Assembly: GCA_049512075.1 (NCBI GenBank)
Contig: JBEKXL010000016.1
Location: 1-50,359, forward strand
Direction: 5' to 3'
Source of the DNA: Candidatus Bathyarchaeia archaeon
GTDB taxonomy: Archaea > Thermoproteota > Bathyarchaeia > Bathyarchaeales > Bathycorpusculaceae
DNA: 50,359 bases
The notes under the pieces were generated by a model. It ran no database searches and had not been told where the DNA came from. It saw only the letters and a program-made list of their open reading frames with translations. Shown here piece after piece: positions 27,826 to 38,300 of this stretch. The position numbers and the translations under genes are program-made. Each line of letters opens with the position of its first letter. Position 1 is the first letter of the stretch.

Positions 27826-30230
27826 CACGTTTTCGTGATGGACTGTAGACGTTCGGGCATGTTCACCCAGACTTCTTGGTCTTTGTCTCGAGTTTTCGGT
27901 TCCATGGGAAGAGTTATCGTAAACGTGGATCCTTTGTTCGCGGCGCTTGATATCGTGATTTTGCCTCCGTGGGCTTCGACTATGCGTTTACAGATTGGCA
28001 GTCCGAATCCCATGCCTCTTGCCTTGGTTGTGAAGAGCGGTGACCACATCTTGTCCAATACCTCTTTTGACATGCCCGTGCCCGTGTCGGAGAAGCTAAA
28101 TGCAACGTTGTCTCCTTCTTTCTCGCTTTTCACTGTCAGGTTTCCCCCGTTTGGCATGGCGTCGAACGCGTTCTTGATAATGTTCACAAATACCCTGCGC
28201 ATCTTTTCCTTGTCAACCTTGAGTCGTGGCATCTTTCCCATTCGGTCAATCACGAGGACGTTTTCTGGAACTTTCATCAGCGACAATGCCTCTGCCAAGA
28301 GCGTTTTCGGCACAGCTTCCGACAGCTCTAGCCTAATCTCCCGGGAGTATTCCAAAAGGTCGTTGATGATTTTGTTCGAGTAAGCTATGGCCTTTTCCAT
28401 GGTCTCGAACATTTCTCTTTCTTTATCGTTCAACTTCTCGTTCAGTTTCATCTTCAAATAATATGTGGCGCCGGCGATGCCTGTTAACGGGTTTCGCAGG
28501 TCGTGTCCCACCATTCCGGCAAGTTCGCCTATGGCAGCAAGCCTCTGCGCCCTCAGGAGCTGGTTCTGAGCATCAACGAGTTCTCGCGTCCTCTCTTTTA
28601 CTTTCACCTCAAGCTGCCCCGCATACCCCTGAATCTCGTTTTTCGCCTCGTTCAACTGTTGAATCAGTCTGGCGTTCTCAATGGCCACCGCAGCCTGATA
28701 GAGAAAAAGCTCGAACGCCGCTAACGAATCTCTGGTGGGCCTTCTTCCATCCGCGGGGTCGTCGATGCTCATTAAGCCCACGATTCGCCCGTCGGCCAAC
28801 CTGAGAGGAGCGTAAAGCAGATCGTTCGGATCCCAATCCAACATCTGCTCCTGAGACAGATGGCTAAGCACAACACCTTGGCTGAACTTTTCCCTGACAA
28901 AGCTGTCGCTCCATGGCAAATAGTAGAACTCGCCCATTTTGAAACGCTCAAACTGCGGTCCGAGACGCTCTTTCCAGACTTGCCCGGGTTTCCTGTGGTT
29001 CCAGAGGTACAGCCTCTCTTCCTCCGTCAATCCTGAGGCCACGACATCCTCAGCCCTGCCTATCTCAAAGCTTTCATCCAGGAGAGAAATCACAACTCTG
29101 CCCCAACCCAAGCCTCTGACAGCGTCCAGAATGGCCTGAAGACGTTGCCGCAGATCAACCGAGTGAATCATCTCGGCAGAACTCTTCATCAATGAAGCCT
29201 GCTGGGCATTACGCTTCTCAAGCTCATTTCGATGTTCAATGTTGACGATAGCGGTTGCAGCGTGCGAAGCTAAAACCTCAAGCATCATCGCGTCTCTCTC
29301 GCCGAACGCGTTCAGCTCCTCACTTTCCACGTTCAGAACACCCAGCACTCCGTCTTCCGCAACGACCGGAACCGCAAGCTCAGACCGAGCGGTAGGCGCA
29401 TCTGTGCTAAATCGAACGTATAATTTGTCCTTCGAAACGTCTGGCAAGAGCACGGTTTTACGCGTGACTGCGGCCCTAACCGTCACGCCACCCTTAGAAC
29501 CGTCCAAAGGCAACTCAAAACCCATGGGGGCTTGATATCCGCGCTGATGACCAGAATGGAGCACGCCATTCCCCACTATCAAGAACGAGGCGTGACTGAA
29601 CCCTAGAACCTTCTCCATAGCATCCAAAGTCCATTCATAGACTTGATAGAGAGTCTTTGCAGCATTCACCTTCCCACCGTGCAAGTTTAGCGCTCTCGAA
29701 CGCTCCTCGTCCTCCATAAGTTCGCGGGTTCTTTCTTTGATCAGCTCCTCCAAACGTTCAGAATGAGACTTGAGTTCCGCTTCTAACCGACTGCGCCCAG
29801 TGACGTCCTCCACCATTTCAATGGCTTCGATGACCCTGCCTTCCTCATCTTTAACAGGAGACGAGATCACCCTGAAACGCCGAGTCTTCTCGCCCGTAGG
29901 AGTGCTCGTGATGGATTCATGCACTTGCCCGTCTGTCAGCGTCTTGCGCGTCGGGCAGTAAGAGCATACCGCATCTCGAGGTGGGTTGTTGAAAGCCTTA
30001 AAGCAAAGGGGTTTCTTCGAAACCTCAACGTCACGGAACCACTTTTTCATCTGGGCGTTTAATGCCAGAATCTCCATGTTCGTGCTTATCACGGCAACGC
30101 CGACGGCGATGTTGTCAACAACACTCTTGTACCTTTTCTCAGACTCGCTCAAAGCTTCTTCCGTCTTCTTGCATTCTGCGATGCCGGCGGCTTTACCGCT
30201 AGCACTCAGCTCATCACTACTTCTCTTCAT
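27825..30230 (-). CDS. Cytoplasmic sensor histidine kinase (PAS-GAF-GAF-HisKA-HATPase)
   Basis: GHDLRNPL (H box), NIIKNA, DTGTGM, FTTK..GMGFGL; GAF motif SELAVP..GVLNVES; N-terminal PAS. Confidence 0.92.
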   Translation of the reverse strand: MKRSSDELSASGKAAGIAECKKTEEALSESEKRYKSVVDNIAVGVAVISTNMEILALNAQMKKWFRDVEVSKKPLCFKAFNNPPRDAVCSYCPTRKTLTDGQVHESITSTPTGEKTRRFRVISSPVKDEEGRVIEAIEMVEDVTGRSRLEAELKSHSERLEELIKERTRELMEDEERSRALNLHGGKVNAAKTLYQVYEWTLDAMEKVLGFSHASFLIVGNGVLHSGHQRGYQAPMGFELPLDGSKGGVTVRAAVTRKTVLLPDVSKDKLYVRFSTDAPTARSELAVPVVAEDGVLGVLNVESEELNAFGERDAMMLEVLASHAATAIVNIEHRNELEKRNAQQASLMKSSAEMIHSVDLRQRLQAILDAVRGLGWGRVVISLLDESFEIGRAEDVVASGLTEEERLYLWNHRKPGQVWKERLGPQFERFKMGEFYYLPWSDSFVREKFSQGVVLSHLSQEQMLDWDPNDLLYAPLRLADGRIVGLMSIDDPADGRRPTRDSLAAFELFLYQAAVAIENARLIQQLNEAKNEIQGYAGQLEVKVKERTRELVDAQNQLLRAQRLAAIGELAGMVGHDLRNPLTGIAGATYYLKMKLNEKLNDKEREMFETMEKAIAYSNKIINDLLEYSREIRLELSEAVPKTLLAEALSLMKVPENVLVIDRMGKMPRLKVDKEKMRRVFVNIIKNAFDAMPNGGNLTVKSEKEGDNVAFSFSDTGTGMSKEVLDKMWSPLFTTKARGMGFGLPICKRIVEAHGGKITISSAANKGSTFTITLPMEPKTRDKDQEVWVNMPERLQSITKT

Positions 30231-30450
30231 TCAGCCAGCTCCATTGTCATATCAACATTGTTTCTCTTAGCCGTCCCAGCTTCACAAAACTCGGAAGACC
30301 CCAATTCTTATCGTTACGCAATTAATCGACCCCTAATCAAGCCCTTTACACCACGATGACCGTAATAATTCCCCGCCTCACGATATTAATCGCTTATGAA
30401 TCCCCTATCTGAATTCTCAAAAAACGTCCCAGAGACGCGCACAGTCAATG

Positions 30451-30468
30451 AAGCCTGCACGCAGGCTT
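30451..30468. other. Perfect inverted repeat AAGCCTGC-AC-GCAGGCTT
   Basis: 8-bp arms between the tuf 3' end and the kinase promoter; function unknown. Confidence 0.4.
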
Positions 30469-30544
30469 GTGGGAACAGCAGAACTAGAGGTTAACCTTCG
30501 ACAATTGGTGCGGTTGATGCCACGAAAAAAGGGAGAGAATGAAA

Positions 30545-31849
30545 CTATGGCCCTTTCTTGGTGATCTCCTTTATAATGCCTGCAGCCACTGTTGTGCCCA
30601 TGTCTCTGACGGCGAAGCGGCCGAGTTCCTCGAATTCGGCGAAGGTTTCAACGGCAATCGGGTGCAAAGGTTCCATTCTAACGATGGCTGCGTCTCCAGT
30701 CTTCAAGAAAGTCGGCTTTTCCTCAGTCACCTGTCCCGAGCGTGGGTCAAGCTTTCTTATCAGCTCGGTAAATCGACATGCTACTTGTCCGGTGTGGAAG
30801 TGCAATACGGGTGTGTATCCTGCTGCCACGGCTGTGGGGTGGTAGATGACGATTATTTGTCCGATGAATTCTTTGGCTACGGTCGGCGGGTTGGTGGTGT
30901 GACCTGCTACGTCTCCGCGGTGAATGTCGGTTTTGGCCACGCCTCGGATGTTGAAGCCTATGTTGTCTCCTGGTTCAGCTTTGGGTATGCGTTCGTGGTG
31001 CATCTCGAGTGATTTGACTTCGCCCTGTTTGTTGGAGGGCATGAAGACGACGACATCGTTTTCTTTGATGATGCCGGTTTCGACCCTGCCGACGGGGACT
31101 GTGCCGACGCCTGTTATGCTATACACGTCCTGGATAGGAACGCGAAGGGGCTTGCCCGTGGGTTTGGAGGGCATTTCGAACGTGTCCAAGGCTTCAATCA
31201 GTGTTGGACCCTTGTACCAGGGCATATGTTCGCTGGGTTTGACGAGGTTGTCGCCGGTCCAGCCGCTTGTGGGTACGAAGGGGATTTTTTCAAGTTTGAA
31301 GCCCACCATTTTTAGCATTCGGCTGACTTCGTTCTTGATTTCGTTGTAGCGTTCTTCGCTCCAGTTGACGGATATGTCGTCCATCTTGTTGACCGCTACG
31401 ACGAGCTGGCGGACGCCCAGTGTGAAAGCCAGAAACGCGTGTTCTCTTGTCTGGCCGCCGGGGCCGATGCCCGCTTCGAACTCTCCTCTCCTGGCCGAAC
31501 AGAAGAGTATGGCGCCGTCGGCTTGGCTTGCGCCTGTGATCATGTTCTTTACGAAGTCTCTGTGTCCGGGTGCGTCTATTACGGTGAAGTAGAATTTCTT
31601 GGTTTCGAACTTTAGGAATCTGAGGTCTATGGTTACGCCTCTTTCGCGTTCTTCTTTGAGGTTGTCGAGGACCCATGCGAACTTGAAGCTTTCTTTTCCG
31701 GCTTTCTTGGCCTCTTCCTCGAAAGTCTTCATTGTTCTTTCGTCGACGGCTCCTGCTAGGTACAGCAGGTGTCCTGTGGTGGTTGATTTTCCGTGGTCGA
31801 CGTGTCCCATGATGACTAGGTTCAAGTGCGGCTTGCCTGTTTTGCTCAC
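30545..31849 (-). CDS. tuf: Archaeal translation elongation factor EF-1alpha
   Basis: [48 protein letters not shown]; GTG start. Confidence 0.98.
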   Translation of the reverse strand: MSKTGKPHLNLVIMGHVDHGKSTTTGHLLYLAGAVDERTMKTFEEEAKKAGKESFKFAWVLDNLKEERERGVTIDLRFLKFETKKFYFTVIDAPGHRDFVKNMITGASQADGAILFCSARRGEFEAGIGPGGQTREHAFLAFTLGVRQLVVAVNKMDDISVNWSEERYNEIKNEVSRMLKMVGFKLEKIPFVPTSGWTGDNLVKPSEHMPWYKGPTLIEALDTFEMPSKPTGKPLRVPIQDVYSITGVGTVPVGRVETGIIKENDVVVFMPSNKQGEVKSLEMHHERIPKAEPGDNIGFNIRGVAKTDIHRGDVAGHTTNPPTVAKEFIGQIIVIYHPTAVAAGYTPVLHFHTGQVACRFTELIRKLDPRSGQVTEEKPTFLKTGDAAIVRMEPLHPIAVETFAEFEELGRFAVRDMGTTVAAGIIKEITKKGP

Positions 31850-32210
31850 TTTTTCTTTTTCCTCCTGTTCTTCAAATCTTCCTCTAAATTTTAATGAATT
31901 CGTTTATTCAACTGTTCAATCGATTATTAAAAGTTTATGATGTTGATTTCGCGCTTATGACACGCGCTCCCGAAAGCCCGTGGATAACGGGCAAACGTTT
32001 GGAGTTCATGCTGCGTGTGACCTCTTAGTTTTCAGTGCCTGATTCGCGTTTTTTCTGAGTGCTCAAAAGAGATGTGTAGTGGAAGAGTGGCTTGCTGTTT
32101 TCCTGGTGGTGTCGTTGGCGAAACGAGTTTGCCAAGCTTGTCGAACCGTGTTAGGTGTGGTTATTGTTGGAAAGGTCTTTTGAACGGCGCCGCCGGGACT
32201 CCGCAGAAGA

Positions 32211-32659
32211 CTACTCGGTTTTTCTGACGTACTCGACTTTTTGTTTCATATTGTTTTCTACTTTTAGGGCTGAAATGAAAGGCTCGCCCAGCTCATTCAG
32301 TACTTGTTCTTTTCTTGGTTCGCAGCAGGCCTTTTGCCTCAACGAACACTGCGTAAGCGTTGAACGTGTCTGTGACGATTACGTTGTCGTCTGCGCAAAC
32401 ATCTGATCGGTCGATCGATATAGTCTGTGGCGGCGACCATGTCGGCGGATAGTATGTTGATGCTAAAGGTCTTGTTCTCATGAATACCCTTGTTTGTGTG
32501 GTGACCTTTGTCCGAGGATATTCCTACCATGTCTGGCTGGAAATCCACCATGTTGAACCATGCGATCGTGTTGAAGTTGGGTTTTCCCGCAACGTTTGCG
32601 CCGAGCAGACATATTGGCATAGGAAACAGCGGATGTTCACTGGCTATTCTGCTCATCAT
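32211..32659 (-). pseudogene. Truncated flavin reductase (flavoredoxin-like) N-terminus joined to an unrelated, frameshifted fragment
   Basis: LFPMPICLLGA...KPNF.TIAW...HTNKGI.ENKTFSINI...TDY matches the family, and the match ends near 32419 at TCGATCGA. Confidence 0.7.
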
Positions 32660-32801
32660 GTGGAATAATCCTCTTCTGATTTGTGTGGTGTACGAGAAGT
32701 GTGCGGGTTGCTACTTAAGACTTAACTCTTCCTCAAACATGCGTATTCGTTCCGACTTGCGGGCTCTAGCGTGTTGGAGATTCAGATAACTCTGGGGCAA
32801 G

Positions 32802-35531
32802 CTAATGCTGTGGCGGTGGTAGTGGAGCAACTCTTCTCTTTTTCACCACTGTAATCAATGCTGCTGATACTACGACGAGCATGGCAATCGCGATGAGGAT
32901 TGGCAGGATGTTAAGGATGAGTGTTGTTTGTGAACCGCCGGTTGTGGTCTGTGATATGAGTTTGGCGGAAACGCTCGTGGTATTCCCGTTGGTTGTGACT
33001 GTGAGCGGGGGTAATGAGTTGATGGTTTCTGGCGGGTTGAGTGATAGTTGAGCGACCGTCCCGTTCACGACGGGGACGCTTGGATATGAGAATACTGTTG
33101 TTGTTCCGGCCCTCGTGATATTGATGGTCATCGTGAAAGTCCCGGCGTTGGTTCCGTTGAGGAAAAGTGTGTATGGGACTGAGCTGTTCTGGATAGACGC
33201 GTATTGGATGCCATCTTGGTCGAGGAAAGTTCCTTGGGGTAGCATCTCAAGGATGGTTCCGTTGTAAGTGTCACATCCCATCATTCCGCCGTTCTGGTCC
33301 AGGATTTCGAGGTTAGCGTTTGAGTGGATAGTCAAATCAACGCTTTCAATCGAGTGCAAGCCTAGGCTGCTGGGAGCGTACAAGAAATCTTCTGGGCTCA
33401 ATGTGGTGCCGTTGAGAAGGTTCCACACGATTGCCTGAGCCTTTCGGTTCTTTGGCAGATCGCCGTGTGCGGCTGAGTCGCCGAATAGTGGAGTTGGGTT
33501 TGTTCTCACGTAGTATGTGGCTGTTGCTGCGCTGTTTTCGGCGCCCCAGAGCGGAACGGTGCCGTCGCCATCGCCGAACTGGGGTATGAGAACGACATTT
33601 GCTCCGTTGATGTTTACGGTCATGTTCTCTGCTAGTTCTTCAGGGGTTGGACCTCTCACGGTGTAGCCGTTGAGTGTCTGTGTGCCATAGCCTATTATCG
33701 TGTAGAGTTTGACCTCTGATGGAAGGACGGGGCTGCTGGGTGAACCCAGGAGGGCGTTAAACGCGTACGACTCGTGCAGCACTGCCGAGTTGAATTGCCA
33801 CGGAGTGTCTGAATAAGCGGCCCTGTACGTGATGTCAAAAGTCTGGTCGAGTGGGAAGTAGCCTCCGGAACCTGATCTTAGGATGAACGGTGTTTTCGGG
33901 AGCAACTCGTAGACGGCTGGCCACTCCTGCATCATGGATTTCATTTGTTGCAGATCGGCAAAGCTGTTTCCGAGAGCGTAGCCTTCTGTGAGGGCGTAGT
34001 AGACTTTGGGCGAACCCCAGAAGGGTGTTCCCATCGTTATTATGCTGTCCACTTTTGCGGCTCTCGCGGGGTCAGAATTAACGTAGGCTGTTGCAATCAG
34101 CCCTCCCATGCTGTGAGCGATAAGTATGACTTTCTGTGAGTCATTTGTCACTCTGGCCTGGTTTACAAGTTTGTCCAGCTCGTCCAAGTGCAGCGTGTTG
34201 TCGAGTCTCCAGTCGTATGGGAAGACGAACAGGCTGTTTCCTTCGACGTATCCTTTGGATTCCAGGAAGCTCACGAGGTCACCGTAGAAGTCGGACAGCC
34301 CGGATCGCAGAATGTCGCTGGCGTATATGCAGACGTTGGGATCTGCAGGCGCTGTGCCGTCAGAGTTCAGTCGGAGGGCGCTCATATCCACTTTCGTTGC
34401 CAATTGCCACAGATGCGTTACAACTTGGGGTATGTGCGTTCCGCTGGGTGCGGGCCAAACCTCGTCTGCGCGGGTCCCGCTCCAAGTGTCCAGCTCTGAG
34501 CCTCCCACTCCAGGTATGATTATGACAGGAAGATGCGCGGTGGAGTTGGTTGTAGGCGGTGGAGTGACTCCGGACGGCGAGACTACGATTGTCATGTCAA
34601 TTGATGCTGAAGTTGAAGCAAGCATTTGGGGAGTGGCATAGTTGGAGAGCGTGTTCGTTCCTGTGTAATTTACGATGAAAGTGTAGAGCGCTGGAGTGTT
34701 TCCGTAACTGACGTATTGGTCCACTGCGTCAAACGCCCAGGTGAAGTTGAAGTCTCCGCTTGAGTCTGTGGGAAGGCTGAAGGCGTCCTCCCATAGGCTT
34801 CCGTCCATTAGAATCTTGGATTCGACGGTGGCTTTAGGAGGGAAAACCTGTCCTGTTAGCGCCACGTCGGCTTCTCCATTGTGATTGTCGATGGGCTGTG
34901 GGAGTGTGATAGTGCCTGTTACGTTGCTGTTCAGAGTGATAATCGGTATTTCGTGGATTAATACTTCAAAAGTGTGCCCGTAATAATAGTCTGGATATCC
35001 ACCGGGGCATCCGTCTGGACAGGCAGGTTGGCCGTAGACCACAGTGATCGTGTGTTCGGGATTCCCATCAGCGGGGTGCGCAAGATCAAGAGTCTCTGTT
35101 ACAAAGAGCTGGGTGTCAGTGCCGTTGACCGTCTGCCAATCATCGTCGACAGCTACGGACATGTGGTTGTACACGCCAGCCGTGCTGCCTCCAAACGGGT
35201 TGGATAGTGCGGTTGCTTGGAAGGTTAGTGAATGGTCTGCGGATGCGATAAACTCGTAGTATCTGCTACCGTAGGGATCAAGGGGGATAGCTGGGTTTCC
35301 TCCCACGAACTCCACTCCGTCCAGAGTGATTGTTACTATCCCTGTGTTGGTCTGGTACGTCCCCGTAACGGCGGTCGCTGCAACGCCTGAGGCAGATGTA
35401 GCGGTCCTTAGTGCCGTGCGGTCAGAAGACGGCGCATGGTCAGCTGCAGGAAAAGAAATGAGGGGACTCATGAGAATGATGAGCAATATCGGAATCGTCA
35501 ATCTCGCATAGGTTGGCTTGGAGCGGTTCAT
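32802..35531 (-). CDS. Secreted, C-terminally anchored alpha/beta-hydrolase (LCAT/PGAP1-like lipase or acyltransferase)
   Basis: IIIPGVGGSEL, FPYDWR, IAHSMGG (nucleophile elbow), GTPFWGS, GDGTVP, H.DL; signal peptide; C-terminal TM + KKRR. Confidence 0.85.
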   Translation of the reverse strand: MNRSKPTYARLTIPILLIILMSPLISFPAADHAPSSDRTALRTATSASGVAATAVTGTYQTNTGIVTITLDGVEFVGGNPAIPLDPYGSRYYEFIASADHSLTFQATALSNPFGGSTAGVYNHMSVAVDDDWQTVNGTDTQLFVTETLDLAHPADGNPEHTITVVYGQPACPDGCPGGYPDYYYGHTFEVLIHEIPIITLNSNVTGTITLPQPIDNHNGEADVALTGQVFPPKATVESKILMDGSLWEDAFSLPTDSSGDFNFTWAFDAVDQYVSYGNTPALYTFIVNYTGTNTLSNYATPQMLASTSASIDMTIVVSPSGVTPPPTTNSTAHLPVIIIPGVGGSELDTWSGTRADEVWPAPSGTHIPQVVTHLWQLATKVDMSALRLNSDGTAPADPNVCIYASDILRSGLSDFYGDLVSFLESKGYVEGNSLFVFPYDWRLDNTLHLDELDKLVNQARVTNDSQKVILIAHSMGGLIATAYVNSDPARAAKVDSIITMGTPFWGSPKVYYALTEGYALGNSFADLQQMKSMMQEWPAVYELLPKTPFILRSGSGGYFPLDQTFDITYRAAYSDTPWQFNSAVLHESYAFNALLGSPSSPVLPSEVKLYTIIGYGTQTLNGYTVRGPTPEELAENMTVNINGANVVLIPQFGDGDGTVPLWGAENSAATATYYVRTNPTPLFGDSAAHGDLPKNRKAQAIVWNLLNGTTLSPEDFLYAPSSLGLHSIESVDLTIHSNANLEILDQNGGMMGCDTYNGTILEMLPQGTFLDQDGIQYASIQNSSVPYTLFLNGTNAGTFTMTINITRAGTTTVFSYPSVPVVNGTVAQLSLNPPETINSLPPLTVTTNGNTTSVSAKLISQTTTGGSQTTLILNILPILIAIAMLVVVSAALITVVKKRRVAPLPPPQH

Positions 35532-35980
35532 ACCACTTTCAATACTCCGGGCAAGTGCTTCTGGAAGAGCTCTTCTGCGGTAGCAAAGGACTCTGTAGCA
35601 TGTTCTTCCACGGAGTTTAACAGTAGAAGCTTGTATGATTTGCCCGATTTCAGGTCTATAGTGATGTGTCCCTTGGAGAGGAAGCGGGGAGGCTTGAGTT
35701 CAACTAAGAGAATCTGGTCTACACTGACATCCAGCTTCTTGTTGCTATTGTCGAGTTGCTCGACTGTTCTAGGAGTCGTGTCGAGAAACGGGGTGACTTT
35801 GGCAGTGAATGAGCCAAAAAGTGAGCCCGCATTCATGTTCCAGCCTAGTCCCATATGGCTCTTTTCTTTTGTTACGATCAGCCTCTTATCGGTTAGGTGG
35901 ACTCCGTATGATTGATCCAAGGCAAGCCCTCGCCGAGTTGCTAAGGCGCTGCTTGAAAACCCCCCTTGATATGATTCCAT
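35528..35980 (-). CDS. Hypothetical protein, PH-like fold possible
   Basis: YGVHLTDKRLIV...I..VELK.P.....G.ITI; ATGA overlap with the hydrolase start. Confidence 0.6.
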   Translation of the reverse strand: MESYQGGFSSSALATRRGLALDQSYGVHLTDKRLIVTKEKSHMGLGWNMNAGSLFGSFTAKVTPFLDTTPRTVEQLDNSNKKLDVSVDQILLVELKPPRFLSKGHITIDLKSGKSYKLLLLNSVEEHATESFATAEELFQKHLPGVLKVV

Positions 35981-36180
35981 ATGATATGACAGCCTTTCCG
36001 AGTGATTCCTCAACTCGTGGAACTGCCTATCGCTAGAGAGCCAATATAAAAAGTATGATTCCAGAATACAGATTGTCGAACTAGGTTGTTCAAGAACGCT
36101 CGTGACCCTGCAGAGCGCGCGGTTTTGGAAACAGATATTAGCTCTGGGCTTTTTTGTTTATTGTCTGGGTTGCGTGGGCT

Positions 36181-37362
36181 ATGCCGACGAATTTGCCTCC
36201 GGATGCGAAGAACAAGTGGGAAGAGGTTGAGGCGACTAAGGAACCACGTCAGAAGCTCAAGCTGCTGGAAGAGTTTTTGAGTTTGGTTCCGAGGCATCAT
36301 GGTACGGCTAGGATGGTAGTTCAGACTAAGAAGCAGATTACGAACCTGCGAAAAGAGATTGAGGAGACGAAGAGAAAGAGGGCCTCGGCAGCGAGGACGG
36401 GTCCGAAGTTTTTTATCGAGAAGGAGGGCGCTGCACAAGTGGCTATCATAGGGTTGACGAAGGCGGGGAAGAGCAGTTTGCTCGCTGCCGTTACGAACGC
36501 TAAGGTAGAGGTGTCGGCGAACCCGTACACGACGCGTGTGCCCGTGCCTGGAGTGATGAATTATCAGGACATTCAGTTTCAGTTGATTGAGGCGCCAGCG
36601 TTGATGGAGGGCTCTGGGGATGGCAGAGCGTGGGGACTGCAGACGTTGGGCATCGCGCGGAACGCGGACGGACTGATCATAATGGTCGACTTGTCACAGA
36701 AGCCCGTTGATGAATTGGGGTTGGTTTTGGGGGAGATGGAAAAGGCGCGGATCCTGGTGAGTCAGCCCAAGGCGCGCGTGGAGATTGAGAGGAAGTTCAT
36801 GGGTGCTGGCCTGCGGATAATCGTGTTCGGAAGACTGGTCGACTGCACCTTCAAAGACGTTGAGGAACTGCTAAAGACGTATCATCTGACGGACGCGTTT
36901 GTTCGGATTTCGGGAGACGCGACGCTCGAAGAGGTGGAGGAGGCGGTTTTTGAGAACACCATCTACAAGCCAGCAGTAGTAGTTGCGAACAAGGCGGACT
37001 TGAAAGGCGCGGAGAGAAACCTGAAACTGCTGAAAACCTATGTTCACGGCAAGCTCCCAATCCTGGCAGTCTCGTGCTACAGGAGAATGGGCCTGGAGAA
37101 GCTGGGTGAAACGCTGTTCAGGACGTTGAACCTTATGCGCATCTACACGAAGGAGCCGAATGAGAGGGGGTTTTCGAAGAAGCCGTTCATCCTGAAGAAG
37201 AATTCGTCGGTGTACGATTTGGCGAAGAGCATTCACAGCGATTTCAAGGAGAACTTCAACTATGCGAGAGTCTGGTCCAAGCGCCTGGCGTACAGCCCGC
37301 AGAAAGTCGGCGCAACATTCACGCTGCAGGACGGAGACTCGATTGAAATCCACCTAAAATAA
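36181..37362 (+). CDS. DRG/OBG-family GTPase with TGS domain
   Basis: MPTNLP, IEKEGAAQV.IIG...AGKSSL, YTT, ANKAD, C-terminal TGS (RIYTK..IH.DF..L.DGD). Confidence 0.92.
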   Translation: MPTNLPPDAKNKWEEVEATKEPRQKLKLLEEFLSLVPRHHGTARMVVQTKKQITNLRKEIEETKRKRASAARTGPKFFIEKEGAAQVAIIGLTKAGKSSLLAAVTNAKVEVSANPYTTRVPVPGVMNYQDIQFQLIEAPALMEGSGDGRAWGLQTLGIARNADGLIIMVDLSQKPVDELGLVLGEMEKARILVSQPKARVEIERKFMGAGLRIIVFGRLVDCTFKDVEELLKTYHLTDAFVRISGDATLEEVEEAVFENTIYKPAVVVANKADLKGAERNLKLLKTYVHGKLPILAVSCYRRMGLEKLGETLFRTLNLMRIYTKEPNERGFSKKPFILKKNSSVYDLAKSIHSDFKENFNYARVWSKRLAYSPQKVGATFTLQDGDSIEIHLK

Positions 37363-37510
37363 GGAGCCCAAAGCATCAGCTGAAGGAAACGGCTCGAAAC
37401 GTGACAATTCTCTCCAGGAGTCATGTAACATTCAGGTCTTTGGCGAACGCTTAATATGTGCGACAGTTCAACAGCGTGACTGGTTAGATCAACAGTCTGG
37501 AGAGCTGGCC

Positions 37511-38215
37511 TTGGTAGCCAAAAATGAGACAACGACTCATAAACAATGGATTAAAGTAAGCAAGAATGGTCCCTATATTGTTTCAGGCGGAATTCCCTTG
37601 ATAGAACAGTTAATCGGGGCTGACGCCGAAGGAACCCCCAATGAATGGCGTCCGGGCAAAAAATACGCAGTGCAGGAAAAATGTGGCCTCTGCCGTTGCG
37701 GAGAGTCTAAGAACAAACCGTTCTGTGACGGAACGCATGCAAAAATCAACTTTGATGGCACCGAGACAGCCGGTCAAGAGTCCTACCTCCATCAGGCCAA
37801 AGAAATCGACGGCCCGGCTCTGAAATTGACCGATGTTGAGATCCTGTGCGCATCTGCCCGATTCTGCCACCGAGCTGGCGGAATCTGGAACCTTGTCCCG
37901 CAATCACACAGTTCAGAAGCCAGACGAATCGCTATCGAGGAGGCTGCAGACTGCCCCTCTGGCCGTCTGATTGCCTGTGACAAGGAAACTGGAAAACCAA
38001 TTGAGCCCAAGTTTGAGCGATCTATTGGATTGGTTGAAGATCCCCAGATGGGCGTGAGCGGTCCAATCTGGGTGAGAGGCAGCATTCCAATACAGTCGGC
38101 TGAGGGCAGGACTTATGAAATTCGCAATCGAGTTACTCTTTGCCGCTGCGGCAAGTCCTCAATTAAGCCTTTCTGCGACAGCAGCCACTACCCTGAAGAG
38201 CATGAGCACGTTTGA
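37511..38215 (+). CDS. CDGSH iron-sulfur domain protein (two CDGSH domains around a ferredoxin-like domain)
   Basis: CRCGESKNKPFCDGTH, CASARFC..CPSG, CRCGKSSIKPFCDSSH. Confidence 0.9.
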   Translation: MVAKNETTTHKQWIKVSKNGPYIVSGGIPLIEQLIGADAEGTPNEWRPGKKYAVQEKCGLCRCGESKNKPFCDGTHAKINFDGTETAGQESYLHQAKEIDGPALKLTDVEILCASARFCHRAGGIWNLVPQSHSSEARRIAIEEAADCPSGRLIACDKETGKPIEPKFERSIGLVEDPQMGVSGPIWVRGSIPIQSAEGRTYEIRNRVTLCRCGKSSIKPFCDSSHYPEEHEHV

Positions 38216-38300
38216 TGGAACCTGACAAGCAAGATTGAGATCGCGCGTATGCTATTTCTGTTTTCTAGAGCACACTAAGAAAAGGCGCGCGCTTCTGTTT

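Noticed and set aside
31976-31992. Small hairpin GCCCGT-N5-ACGGGC upstream of tuf
   Set aside because: Six-bp arms are expected by chance, and there is no U-tract or second copy.
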